Below are positions 20,229-33,095 of a stretch of DNA of 64,000 nucleotides, piece after piece. Position 1 is the stretch's first letter. The number at the start of each line of letters is the position of its first letter. Position numbers and translations under genes: made by a program. The notes below the pieces were generated by a model, which saw only the letters and a list, made by a program, of their open reading frames with translations, made no database searches and was not told where the DNA came from. The stretch comes from Chloroflexota bacterium (lineage in GTDB: Bacteria > Chloroflexota > Dehalococcoidia > Bin125): the NCBI GenBank assembly GCA_028873865.1, contig JAPPNI010000030.1, forward strand, positions 85,268 to 149,267, given 5' to 3'.

Positions 20229-20573
20229 ATGACCGTGCTGATGACTCATCCGATCATGATCGTCCGGGCGCGTCTGGACCCGACGGTGCTGCAAGAGTTC
20301 GAGGACTGGCATCGGCAGACCCATTTGCCACATGTGCTCGAAATCCCGGGCATCGTCTCGGCCTTTCGCGTGCGCGGGTCCGACCCAATCGCCGGAGCGC
20401 ATTTGATGGGTTACACATTTGAGGACGAGTCAGTCGTCCAGGCCGCCCTGTCTTCCGAGCAGGCTCAGGTGGCCCGGCGGGACTGGGACTTCTGGGCCGA
20501 CCAGGTCTACGAGCTATCGGTCGAGATCTATGCCCCGTTGGCGCCGCTGCCGATTTTTCAGCACCACAACTAG
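20229..20573 (+). CDS. hypothetical small protein (114 aa)
   Basis: The ORF fills a ~600 nt gap between rpsO and the FTR-like gene and is followed by a perfect hairpin; no recognisable domain. Confidence 0.4.
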   Translation: MTVLMTHPIMIVRARLDPTVLQEFEDWHRQTHLPHVLEIPGIVSAFRVRGSDPIAGAHLMGYTFEDESVVQAALSSEQAQVARRDWDFWADQVYELSVEIYAPLAPLPIFQHHN

Positions 20574-20599
20574 CGTCTCGGGGAGTCTCGCCCCCTTCA

Positions 20600-20623
20600 A
20601 AGGCTTCCCCTAGGGGAAGCCTT
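20600..20623. terminator. perfect 11-bp inverted repeat AAGGCTTCCCC-TA-GGGGAAGCCTT between convergent genes; putative bidirectional terminator
   Basis: Seen directly; lies between the stop at 20573 (+) and the stop at 20632 (-). Confidence 0.55.
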
Positions 20624-20631
20624 GCTCCGCT

Positions 20632-20973
20632 TTACAGGTCCAGCGCGACTTCGTCCTTGATCGCCGTCTTGCCCTCGGGCAAGGTGAAGAAGTTGCAGAA
20701 GCAGGTGCCTTCGAAGTCGACCAGGCCGTTGAGTACCGGCTCACAGACGCAGATCGTGTCGTCGTTGTTGGCCGGCTGGCAGGGACAGTAGAACTTGCCG
20801 AAGCGCATGCGCATATTGACGAAGTCTTCGATCGTCTGGTCAGCGTTCATCAGGATGTAGCCGCGCTCTTCGCAGAACTTGTCAGCGAGCTCGGTCATCT
20901 CGGCCCGGTACTGGTCGCGCAGGGCGCGTTCTTCCTCTTCCGGCAGATCAGTCAGGCGTTCGAACTCGGCCAT
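20632..20973 (-). CDS. ferredoxin-thioredoxin reductase catalytic-subunit-like protein (CPC...CVC...CFC variant)
   Basis: KFYCPCQPANNDDTICVCEPV...EGTCFCNFF matches FtrC cysteine spacing (CPC-x16-CPC-x8-CHC), with P to V and H to F substitutions. Confidence 0.6.
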   Translation of the reverse strand: MAEFERLTDLPEEEERALRDQYRAEMTELADKFCEERGYILMNADQTIEDFVNMRMRFGKFYCPCQPANNDDTICVCEPVLNGLVDFEGTCFCNFFTLPEGKTAIKDEVALDL

Positions 20974-21010
20974 GACGCGCCCTCTTCCTACGTGCTGAGC
21001 TTTCTCAAGT

Positions 21011-22507
21011 TTAGGCGGACGCCTCGGCGCGGGCGGCTGCGAAGCGCACCAGCGAGCGGACGGGCACCCCACTCGCGCCCTTGACCTGCGTGCCGCGCGT
21101 CTTGGAGGCGTCGTCGGTGCCGGCCATATCGAGATGCGCCCAGGGCGTGTCGCCGGCGAAGCGAGCGAGGAACTTGGCCGCCGTGATCGCGCCGGCCAGC
21201 CGACCGCCGGTGTTCTTCACGTCGGCGACCTGGCTGCGAATCTGCTCGTCGTACTCGGGGAACATCGGCAGTTGCCAGAACTTCTCGCCGGCGCGTTTGC
21301 CGGCTTCGATCACTTCGGCCGCGAGCTCGTCGTCGTTGGCCATCACGGCCGTGGCGACATCGCCCAGCGCCACTGCAGCCGCGCCGGTCAGTGTGGCGAC
21401 GTCGATCAGCGGGGAGAGGCCCAGGTGGTTGGCGTAGGAGAGCGCGTCCGCCAGGACCAGCCGGCCCTCTGCGTCCGTGTTGATCACTTCGATCGTCGCG
21501 CCGTTCATCGCAGTCAGCAGGTCGCCGGGTTTGATCGCATTGCCGCCCGGCATGTTCTCTGTGCACGGCGCCAGCGCGGTGACGTTGATCGGCAACTCGA
21601 GATCGGCGATCGCGCCCATGGCGGCGACGACCGCCGCCGCCCCCGACATGTCCTGCTTCATCGCCTCCATGTTGGCGGCCGGCTTGATCGAGATGCCACC
21701 GGTGTCAAAGGTGATGCCTTTGCCGCAGTAACCGAGGCCCGGCTCGTCGGCACCTCCACGGTGTCGCAGGATCAAGAATTTGGCCGGTTGGTGGGAACCC
21801 TTGGCCACGCCGAGGAACGATCCCATGCCGAGCTCAGCAGCGGCCGCCTCGTCCATGATCTCGATATCGATATCGTGCTCGCCGGCCCAGGCTTCGGCCC
21901 GGTGCGCGAGCTCAGTCGGCGTGAGCAGGTTGGACGGCTCGTTTGCCAGATCGCGGGCGAAGTTGGCCGCGCCGGCCAGCGAGCGACCGTGTGCGATCCC
22001 GGCCTCGACACCAGCTGTGTTGTCCGAGTGCAGCGAAACCCTTTCAAGCACATTCGGTGTCTTCTTCGGCGACTGATGTCTATCGAAGCGATAGAGCCCG
22101 AGATCGAGCCCCTCGCAGATCGCACCTGCGATCTCTGTCGTGGTGAAGCCGCACTCTTCTCCGTCGACGGCGACCGCGAGGCTGCCAGTGGAGAGCGAGC
22201 GAGCCTTGCGGGCGCCATTTGCGGCGGCATTGCGGATCTCGTCGAGGCCCATTTGTTCAGCCGGACCTAGCCCGGCGATCACGATCCGCGGCGCCTCGGT
22301 TCGGCCGAATGTGTGCACCACGACGGTCTCGTTGACAGCGCCTGACAGCTCACCCGATGCGACCAGCGGCGCGAGACCGCCGTCCAGCGCGTCGTTGAGC
22401 CGGCGCAAGGCGCCGCCGTCAAGGATGTCGTCTTCCTTGGTCGCGAAAATCAGCAGATGGTCGGCGGCGGCTTCGAGCGCGGGCAGGCCGTTGGCGGTGA
22501 TGTCCAT
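21011..22507 (-). CDS. pepA: leucyl aminopeptidase (M17 family)
   Basis: NTDAEGRLVLADAL signature and the M17 catalytic domain. Confidence 0.9.
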   Translation of the reverse strand: MDITANGLPALEAAADHLLIFATKEDDILDGGALRRLNDALDGGLAPLVASGELSGAVNETVVVHTFGRTEAPRIVIAGLGPAEQMGLDEIRNAAANGARKARSLSTGSLAVAVDGEECGFTTTEIAGAICEGLDLGLYRFDRHQSPKKTPNVLERVSLHSDNTAGVEAGIAHGRSLAGAANFARDLANEPSNLLTPTELAHRAEAWAGEHDIDIEIMDEAAAAELGMGSFLGVAKGSHQPAKFLILRHRGGADEPGLGYCGKGITFDTGGISIKPAANMEAMKQDMSGAAAVVAAMGAIADLELPINVTALAPCTENMPGGNAIKPGDLLTAMNGATIEVINTDAEGRLVLADALSYANHLGLSPLIDVATLTGAAAVALGDVATAVMANDDELAAEVIEAGKRAGEKFWQLPMFPEYDEQIRSQVADVKNTGGRLAGAITAAKFLARFAGDTPWAHLDMAGTDDASKTRGTQVKGASGVPVRSLVRFAAARAEASA

Positions 22508-22612
22508 GAGGTTCTCTCGGTAGGTCTCTAGAGGGGTGAGCCTGAACGGATCGGAACAATGCAGATCATCCTAGCGATCACTGCCACAGACAACCGGGAA
22601 TAACGTTACCGA

Positions 22613-23326
22613 ATGCGAGAGTTTCTGCGAGAACTGGCGGCCGTGGCGGTCGCCGCCTTGGTCTACTACCTGGTCCGCGGCGCCGTTTCGGACCGCGCCG
22701 ACGAGGCGTTCCAGCGCGCTCGCGACATTCTCGACCTCGAACAACGCATCTGGCTCGACTGGGAAACCCCGATCCATGAGGCGATCCTCGGTACCAATGC
22801 CCTGATCGATTTCGCCAACGGCACATATTTCTGGGGCCACATGCCACTGCTGATCGTGCTGGCGGTCTGGCTCTGGCGATCGCATCGTTCGGTCTGGCGC
22901 ACCTTCCGCAACGCGCTGCTGATCTCCGCCGCAGCCGGCATGGTCTCCTACTATCTCTTCCCCACAGCGCCACCACGCCTGATGCCGGACCTGGGCTTTG
23001 TCGACACGCTCACTGTCCGCGCAGCGCCCGCCTATCAGGCGCAGGAGGTAGGTCTGTTCGTCAATCCCTACGCGGCGCTGCCCTCGCTGCACGTCGGCTG
23101 GGCGCTGCTGGCGGGACTGGCCGTTTGGCAAACTTCGCGCCATCCGCTCATGCGGGTATTCGCGGTCGCCATTCCGCTCTCACAGAGCTGGGCGGTCGTC
23201 GCCACGGCCAACCACTGGACCCTCGATGTCTTCGCCGGAATGGCGGTCTGCGCGGTCGCGTGGATGCTCGTCGTCCTGCGCAATAGGCTCAGCTTGAGCA
23301 TGCCGGTCCATTTCAACGGGAGCTGA
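22613..23326 (+). CDS. PAP2-superfamily membrane protein (PAP2_3-like)
   Basis: Multi-TM protein with motifs PSLHVGWA and HWTLDV. Confidence 0.65.
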   Translation: MREFLRELAAVAVAALVYYLVRGAVSDRADEAFQRARDILDLEQRIWLDWETPIHEAILGTNALIDFANGTYFWGHMPLLIVLAVWLWRSHRSVWRTFRNALLISAAAGMVSYYLFPTAPPRLMPDLGFVDTLTVRAAPAYQAQEVGLFVNPYAALPSLHVGWALLAGLAVWQTSRHPLMRVFAVAIPLSQSWAVVATANHWTLDVFAGMAVCAVAWMLVVLRNRLSLSMPVHFNGS

Positions 23327-23328
23327 CC

Positions 23329-23643
23329 ATGCAGATCGTGACGACCGACTCCGTCCCCAATCGAGACGTTGCCGAAGTGCTGGGGCTGGTCAGCGCAAAC
23401 AGCGTGCGCTCGCGCAACGTCGGACGAGACATTCTGGCCGGGGTCAAGAGTCTCTTCGGCGGAGAGATTCACGCGTACACCAAGCTGATGAGCGACACCA
23501 GGGTGCAGGTGATTGAGAAACTCGAGGCCTCAGCCAACGCAATGGGCGCCGACGCCATCGTCGGTACACGGATGATGACCTCCGACATCGGTCAGAACAT
23601 GGCCGAGGTCTACATGTACGGCACAGCAGTGAAGTTGAAGTAA
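23329..23643 (+). CDS. ybjQ: YbjQ/UPF0145 family protein
   Basis: MQIVTTDSVPNRDV...GGEIHAYTKL...ANAMGADAIVGTRM is the typical DUF74 family. Confidence 0.8.
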   Translation: MQIVTTDSVPNRDVAEVLGLVSANSVRSRNVGRDILAGVKSLFGGEIHAYTKLMSDTRVQVIEKLEASANAMGADAIVGTRMMTSDIGQNMAEVYMYGTAVKLK

Positions 23644-23673
23644 CAGCCAGGAGAGAACTCCTCTGGGGGATCT

Positions 23674-24918
23674 CTATCCAGCCCGAGCTGGCCACTTCGG
23701 ATGCGACTTCAGCCGCTCCAGAATCGCCACGCCGACGTCGTACTTGTGCAGCAACGGCAGACGCTCGGGCTCTCCCGACGCGTCGAGCAAAACGACTCGG
23801 TTGGTGTCCACTCGGAATCCGGCGTCGGACTGGCTGACATCGTTGGCTGCGATGAATACCAGACCTTTCTTCTCGATCTTCGCCTTGGCGTTCTCGATCA
23901 AGTCGTCTGTCTCAGCGGCGAATCCCACCTTGAGCAGGTGCGGCACATCAACTGAGGCAATCACGTCGGGGTTCTCGACCATCTCCAGGGTCATGCCCTC
24001 TTGCTCAGCGTCCTGCTTCTTGAGTTTCGACTCCGCAGCTTCTGCCGGCCGATAGTCGGCGACCGCAGCCGCCATGACCAAGGCGTTCGCCCCTCGGGCC
24101 GCCTTCTGGATTTCTTCCTGCATCTCGATCGCTGTGCCGACGGATCGCACCACGATTCCGTACCGACCCTCGGGAGGCGGCTGGGTCGTGATCAGGGTCA
24201 CCGCCGCGCCCTGGTCTCGGGCCGCCTCGGCCACCGCGACGCCCATTTTGCCGCTGGAATGGTTGCCAACGAAGCGAACCGGATCGATCGGCTCCCGCGT
24301 GCCGCCAGCCGTGACGATGATGTGGCGTCCACGCAGGTCGCCCACCGTGCGGCCGATCGCCGAGCGCACCGCGGCGGCCAGCTCGATCGGTTCGATCAGA
24401 CGTCCCAGCCCCTTACTCCCGGATGCCAGCCGACCGGTCGCGGGCCCCGCGATGAACACACCGCGCGCCTTGAGCAGCTCGAGGTTGGCTTGCACGGAGG
24501 GCTGGCCGTACATCACCGAATCCATCGCCGGCGCCACGATCAATGGCGCGCTCGTCGCGAGCGCGGTCAGAGTGACCGGATTGTCGCCGATGCCCTGAGC
24601 CAGCTTTGCGATCGTGGTGGCGGAGGCCGGCGCGACCAGCATCGCGTCGGCGCGTCGGCCCATGGCAACGTGCTGCTCCGCCGGCGCCGACGAATCCCAG
24701 AGATCGGCCGCGACCTCCCCCTGGACCAGCGAGCGGAAGGTCAAAGGTGGAACGAAGCGCACTGCTGATGGAGTCAGCGCAACATCGACGACCGCCCCGG
24801 CATCCTCCAGCCGACGCGCCGCCTCAATGCTCTTGTACGCGGATATGGAGCCGGTGACGCCCAGGGTGACTCGGCGGCCGCCGAGCGGCCGCGGCGGCGG
24901 GACGTCGCTGCTGCTCAT
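23674..24918 (-). CDS. coaBC: bifunctional phosphopantothenoylcysteine decarboxylase / phosphopantothenate-cysteine ligase
   Basis: N-terminal flavoprotein domain (RVTLGVTGSISAYKS) and C-terminal DFP domain. Confidence 0.9.
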   Translation of the reverse strand: MSSSDVPPPRPLGGRRVTLGVTGSISAYKSIEAARRLEDAGAVVDVALTPSAVRFVPPLTFRSLVQGEVAADLWDSSAPAEQHVAMGRRADAMLVAPASATTIAKLAQGIGDNPVTLTALATSAPLIVAPAMDSVMYGQPSVQANLELLKARGVFIAGPATGRLASGSKGLGRLIEPIELAAAVRSAIGRTVGDLRGRHIIVTAGGTREPIDPVRFVGNHSSGKMGVAVAEAARDQGAAVTLITTQPPPEGRYGIVVRSVGTAIEMQEEIQKAARGANALVMAAAVADYRPAEAAESKLKKQDAEQEGMTLEMVENPDVIASVDVPHLLKVGFAAETDDLIENAKAKIEKKGLVFIAANDVSQSDAGFRVDTNRVVLLDASGEPERLPLLHKYDVGVAILERLKSHPKWPARAG

Positions 24919-25691
24919 GGAGTGCCTTCGGCGTTGTGGTAGTAGAGCTCACGCAGACCCCAGAGAATCAGATCCTCATCGACGATGTCGAGGATTTCCG
25001 TCTCTTCTGCGATTCGCGGCGCCCAGCCGCCGGTAGCCACCACCTGCGCTTGACCGAGCTCCTGGCGGAAGCGGGCGATGATTCCCTCCACGAGGCCGAC
25101 GTAACCAAACAGGATGCCGCTTTGCAGCGCAGTCTCCGTGCGCGTACCAATCGCCGCGGGCGGACGGTCGAGGTCGATCCGAGCCAGCCGGCTGGCACGG
25201 TCGAACAGCGCCTCCGTCGAAATGCCGATGCCGGGCGAGATAGCGCCGCCGATGTAAACGCCGTGCTCATTGATGGCGTCGAAGACCGTCGCGGTGCCGA
25301 AGTCGACGACGATCAGCGGCGGCGGCCCATAGCGAGAGACGGCAGCCACCGCGTCAACGATGCGATCGGCGCCGATCTCCTCGGTATGTTCGATCCCGAT
25401 TCGGACCGGTTTCTTCATGTGGGGCGAAACCAGAAGAGGTTCGGTGCGCAGGAACTTGCGGCAAACGTCCTGAAACACAGGCGCCAGCGCAGGCACGACT
25501 GAGGAAATGATCGCTCCGTCGATCTGTGCAATTTGGATGCCCTCATAGCGCAACAGCGATGCGACGAAGATGCCGTATTCGTCCGACAGCCGGTCATGCT
25601 GGGTGGCCAGTCGCCAGGTGTGGACAATTTTACGGTCGTTAAACACACCGATCTGGAGGGTCGTATTGCCGATGTCGATTGCGATCAACAT
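24915..25691 (-). CDS. coaX: type III pantothenate kinase
   Basis: MLIAIDIGNTTLQIGVF N-terminus and a Bvg accessory factor-like fold; 4-nt overlap with coaBC. Confidence 0.85.
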   Translation of the reverse strand: MLIAIDIGNTTLQIGVFNDRKIVHTWRLATQHDRLSDEYGIFVASLLRYEGIQIAQIDGAIISSVVPALAPVFQDVCRKFLRTEPLLVSPHMKKPVRIGIEHTEEIGADRIVDAVAAVSRYGPPPLIVVDFGTATVFDAINEHGVYIGGAISPGIGISTEALFDRASRLARIDLDRPPAAIGTRTETALQSGILFGYVGLVEGIIARFRQELGQAQVVATGGWAPRIAEETEILDIVDEDLILWGLRELYYHNAEGTP

Positions 25692-25884
25692 GGCGGGTCG
25701 TCCTTCCCGACGCGTTCGTGAATCGCTCAACCGACACAGGCCAGGTCGAGCGATCTCTGCGCAGCCTCACTATCTCGCGCATTCTACGCAAGATCGGCAT
25801 CGGCCCTCCCGGCCACTCGCCGAGGGGGTCCCGATGGGCAAGAGAAGACTGCGCGATGCCTGTCAAGTTCGCCGATCAGCGGAC

Positions 25885-25950
25885 GTGGATAGTCCGGGGA
25901 AGATGTGGAAGAGATATCTGGTTGAGTCACCCATCAACCAGTTCCACAGC
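25885..25950. promoter_or_regulatory. cluster of three DnaA-box-like 9-mers (cGTGGATAg, TGTGGAAGA, gTTCCACAg) 135-200 bp upstream of dnaA
   Basis: Seen in sequence; near-matches to TTATCCACA / TGTGGATAA in the dnaA upstream region. Confidence 0.5.
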
Positions 25951-26083
25951 ACGCTGTTGTGTGCGCAGATGCTGGTTAGTATGTTCCCCCAAGCAGCCCC
26001 TCTGATGAGCGGCGAACTTGGTCAGCCCTGCAGGGCGCCCGTATCGCTTGCAACGGTCTTTGCCATAAGGAGGCGACAGCGGC

Positions 26084-27493
26084 ATGGTCACCCGATCCGC
26101 CCGCTCTTTCGGCGACCCTCACTCGGATCACCGAGCCATCTGGCAGCGCACTTTGCAAATCCTCGGCGACTCGCTTGATCGCGAGACCTTCGAGACCTGG
26201 TTTGCCGACACGCACGCGATCGAGGTTCGTGGCGGCGTGCTGCATGTCGGTGTGCCGACCGTGATCAAGCTGGAAACGCTGCGCGGCAGCTACTACCCGC
26301 AGCTCGCCTCGGCGGTCCGTCAAGCCTCGGGCCGATCCATGGAGATTGAACTGCGCGTTGCCTCGCCGCCGGAACCGGTCACGCAAGCTCTCGATCTCCC
26401 CTCAGGCGACGAATCTCAGCCGTCCGCCGAGCGCGGCCAGCCAATCCAGCCGGCGCGCAGCCGTCCGTCCGTCCTCAATCAGGCAACGTTCGAGCGCTTT
26501 GTCGAAGGCACATCCAACCAGATCGCCGTCACCGCATCTCGCCGAGTCGCGTTCCATCCCGGCGAAGACACGAACCCACTGTTCATCTACTCCAACTCCG
26601 GCCTGGGCAAGACCCACCTGCTGCATGCCATCGCACACGTGACCATGCAGTCGCACTACACAGTGCTGGTCGACACGGAGTCTTATGTCCGCCAGTTCGT
26701 CAACAGCGTCGGCGCCGGCGAGCGCGCCGCCTTCCAGGAAAAGTATGAGTCCGCTGAAGTCCTGATCGTCGATGACGTGCAGAAGCTGGGCGGCAAAGTC
26801 CAGACCCAGGACGAGTTCTACAACGTCTTCAACGCGCTGCACCAGCGCGGCCGGCAGATTGTGATCGCCTCCGACCTGCCGCCCAGGTTGTTGACCGGCC
26901 TCAGCGAACGTCTCGTCACGAGATTCGAGGGCGGCTTGGTGGTGGAAATCAACCAGCCCGATGTCGAATTGCGAATGGCAATCCTGCAGCGCAAGATTCG
27001 CGACTGGGGCATGGTTGTTGACGAGCCGACGATTCAGATGATCGCTGAGCGCGGCGGGACGAACATCCGCTCCCTGCTCGGCGGCCTGCAGCGAGTGCGC
27101 GTCTTCGCCGAAAGCGAGCGATCGCTCGTTACGCCAGGCATCGTGATGCGGGCCTTGGCCGGGCATGCGCAGGAAGAAACGCGCAAGGCCAAACCCACCG
27201 TGGCAGAACTGATCGCAGCGGCCTCCGACATCACCGGCGTCGCACCCGAGTTGTTCACTGCCACTCGCAAGGATCGGCGAACGGCCAGGGCTCGCCAGTT
27301 GGTCATGTACCTGGCCTGCCAACACACCGACCTCTCACTCAACTCGATTGGCGAGGCACTGGGCGGACGCGACCACTCGACCGTTCTGCACGGACGCGAC
27401 AAGGTCGAGCGGCTGCTCGCCGACTCTAGCGACGCAGAAGCCCACTGGTGGATCCAGCAGATCTCTGAGATTCGCTCCCGCCTCCACCTCTAG
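26084..27493 (+). CDS. dnaA: chromosomal replication initiator protein DnaA
   Basis: AAA+ Walker A LFIYSNSGLGKTHLLHAIAH and a C-terminal domain IV (LVMYLACQHTDLSLNSIGEALGGRDHSTVLHGRDKVERL). Confidence 0.9.
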   Translation: MVTRSARSFGDPHSDHRAIWQRTLQILGDSLDRETFETWFADTHAIEVRGGVLHVGVPTVIKLETLRGSYYPQLASAVRQASGRSMEIELRVASPPEPVTQALDLPSGDESQPSAERGQPIQPARSRPSVLNQATFERFVEGTSNQIAVTASRRVAFHPGEDTNPLFIYSNSGLGKTHLLHAIAHVTMQSHYTVLVDTESYVRQFVNSVGAGERAAFQEKYESAEVLIVDDVQKLGGKVQTQDEFYNVFNALHQRGRQIVIASDLPPRLLTGLSERLVTRFEGGLVVEINQPDVELRMAILQRKIRDWGMVVDEPTIQMIAERGGTNIRSLLGGLQRVRVFAESERSLVTPGIVMRALAGHAQEETRKAKPTVAELIAAASDITGVAPELFTATRKDRRTARARQLVMYLACQHTDLSLNSIGEALGGRDHSTVLHGRDKVERLLADSSDAEAHWWIQQISEIRSRLHL

Positions 27494-27727
27494 GTCGACG
27501 CGCTCCGGCATCCACGCCACGTCAACGAGTCTTCCAGCTTGAGAAACGGGTGCTCCACGGCACTCCCACACCCCTGCACATCCCGCGCACAGCTTTGGGG
27601 GTAGTTTCCGGTCGTCATCCCCAGTGCCCCCAACCACAGAAACAACGACAGCGAATTATTTCCTCTCCTGAGTTTTCATAGATCCCTGATCCGGAGCGTG
27701 CGTCGGCACTGTGGATAAACTCAACTC
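27494..27727. promoter_or_regulatory. candidate oriC: perfect DnaA box TGTGGATAA at 27710-27718, degenerate boxes, and an AT-rich patch at 27637-27690
   Basis: Seen in sequence immediately downstream of dnaA; the AT-rich stretch (aacaacgacagcgaattatttcctctcctgagttttcatagat) stands out in a 67% GC background. Confidence 0.5.
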
Positions 27728-29002
27728 ATGATCGATTCCGTCGAGATCGAGATCGAGGGCGGGGCCGGTGGCCGCGGAGCAGTGTCGTTTCGCCGCGAGA
27801 AATTCGTGCCTCGCGGCGGCCCTGACGGCGGCCGCGGCGGCCGCGGCGGAGACGTGGTCGTCCAAGCCAACAGCCAGCTGAACACCCTGCGGCGATACCG
27901 GCGGCAACGACGCTTCCGCGCCGAGCCAGGAACCAACGGTGGAACCAACCAGAAGCGCGGCAGGGCCGGCGCGACCATGGTCCTCGAGCTTCCCGTGGGC
28001 ACGATGGTTTCGCGGCTCCGTGGGCAGGAAGCCGAGCAACTGGTCGACCTGGAAGAGGACAAACAGTCGCTGGTTGTGGCCTGGGGTGGGCGTGGCGGCC
28101 AGGGCAACATGTACTTCCGCAGCGCCACTAACCAGACGCCTCGCGTTGCGCAGAGGGGCGAACCGGGCGAACGCTGCCGCCTGCGCTTCGAACTGCGGGT
28201 GCTGGCCGATGTCGGCATCGTGGGACTGCCGAACGCAGGCAAGTCATCGCTGCTCCGCCACCTGAGCGCCGCCCGCCCGAGAGTCGCCGACTACCCCTTC
28301 ACGACTCTGGAGCCGCATCTCGGCGTCGTCTCCGTCGGCTGGGGCGAGTTCGTAATGGCCGACCTGCCGGGCCTGATCGAGGGCGCCGCCGGCGGAGCGG
28401 GGCTCGGGCACGAGTTCCTCCGCCACACCTCCCGAACCAGACTGCTGGTCCACCTGATCGACGGCTCGCAGGACAATCCACGAGCCGCAAAAGCCCTGGT
28501 CGACCGCGAACTCGCCGGGTACTCGGCCGATTTGGCCGGGCGGCCACAGATCGTCGTCGTCAACAAGGTCGATCTCGAAGAAGTCGACGTCTTTCGCGAC
28601 GAGATCACTGCGCAATTCGGCGACCTGGAGTCGCCGCCGCTCTTCTGCTCCGCCGCGACCGGCGAAGGCGCCCAAACCTTGGTCGATGCATGCGCGTCGA
28701 TGCTGGAAGAACTTCGGCAGCAGGAGCCTCCGCGGACGACGGAGGTGCCCGTCGTCCGGCCCAGGCAGGACGGCCGGCGATTCGAAGTCGACGAGTTGGC
28801 CTCGGGGCTCTACCAGGTCCGGGGGGCATCGGTCGAGCGGTTTGTCTCGATGATGGATCTGGGCGAAGACGAGGCCCTGGCCGAGACCTACCGCTGGCTG
28901 GATCGTCGAGGCGTGGCCTCGGCCCTGCACCGCGCCGGCTGTCAGCCAGGCGACGTGGTCAGGATCGGTCGGTCGCGCATTACTTGGGAATGGGAGCGCT
29001 GA
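27728..29002 (+). CDS. obg: GTPase Obg
   Basis: Glycine-rich N-terminal Obg fold (GGRGGDV, GGAGGRG), a G domain (GLPNAGKSSLL) and a C-terminal OCT domain. Confidence 0.9.
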   Translation: MIDSVEIEIEGGAGGRGAVSFRREKFVPRGGPDGGRGGRGGDVVVQANSQLNTLRRYRRQRRFRAEPGTNGGTNQKRGRAGATMVLELPVGTMVSRLRGQEAEQLVDLEEDKQSLVVAWGGRGGQGNMYFRSATNQTPRVAQRGEPGERCRLRFELRVLADVGIVGLPNAGKSSLLRHLSAARPRVADYPFTTLEPHLGVVSVGWGEFVMADLPGLIEGAAGGAGLGHEFLRHTSRTRLLVHLIDGSQDNPRAAKALVDRELAGYSADLAGRPQIVVVNKVDLEEVDVFRDEITAQFGDLESPPLFCSAATGEGAQTLVDACASMLEELRQQEPPRTTEVPVVRPRQDGRRFEVDELASGLYQVRGASVERFVSMMDLGEDEALAETYRWLDRRGVASALHRAGCQPGDVVRIGRSRITWEWER

Positions 29003-29637
29003 CGTCTGTGGTTGAGAGCAGCGAGATTCGCTTTGAGCCGCACGAACGGGTCGGGGCCTTGGGCGGCACCTTTGATCCGCTTCATCGCGCCCATCTCCAT
29101 CTCGCCGACGCTGCCGCGCAGGCGCTCGAGCTGGATCGACTAATCCTGATTCCCGCGGGCGACCCCTGGCGCAAGCGAGGTCGCGACGTGACCCCGGCCG
29201 AGCACCGCCTCGCCATGACCGCCGCAGCGGTTGACGAGCGCCGGGGAGGTCTCGAGGTGTCGGATCTGGAGGTGGCTCGCGAAGGGCCTACGTACACCCT
29301 CGACACCGTGCGTGAACTCCGCGATCGGGGAGCACAGCAACTCTGGTGGATCATGGGCGCCGACGCGGTGCTCGACCTCCCTAAGTGGCACCAGCCCAAC
29401 GAGATCCTGGCCTGCGCCCGTATCGCAGCAGCGGTCAGGCCGGGCGCGGAGCTTGATCGTCGGCAGCTCGACAAGATCGTCTACGGCCTCGGCCGCTGGC
29501 TTGACTGGGTGCCGATGGAGCCGATTGACCTTTCGGCCTCCGGACTCAGGGAGCGAATCGCCCGGGGCGAGGACGTCTCGGATGACGTGCCGGCCGCCGT
29601 GCTGGACTATGCCCGGGCCCATCGGCTCTACGAATAA
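28990..29637 (+). CDS. nadD: nicotinate-nucleotide adenylyltransferase
   Basis: LGGTFDPLHRAHL (the HxGH-type nucleotidyltransferase motif); 13-nt overlap with the obg stop. Confidence 0.85.
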   Translation: MGALTSVVESSEIRFEPHERVGALGGTFDPLHRAHLHLADAAAQALELDRLILIPAGDPWRKRGRDVTPAEHRLAMTAAAVDERRGGLEVSDLEVAREGPTYTLDTVRELRDRGAQQLWWIMGADAVLDLPKWHQPNEILACARIAAAVRPGAELDRRQLDKIVYGLGRWLDWVPMEPIDLSASGLRERIARGEDVSDDVPAAVLDYARAHRLYE

Positions 29638-29702
29638 CCCAGCGGCTGAACACCAGCTCGGCTCGCGTGGACCGACGCGACACCTGGTGCAGGCGGAGGC
29701 TC

Positions 29703-33089
<3,387 letters not shown>

Positions 33090-33095
33090 CACGAG

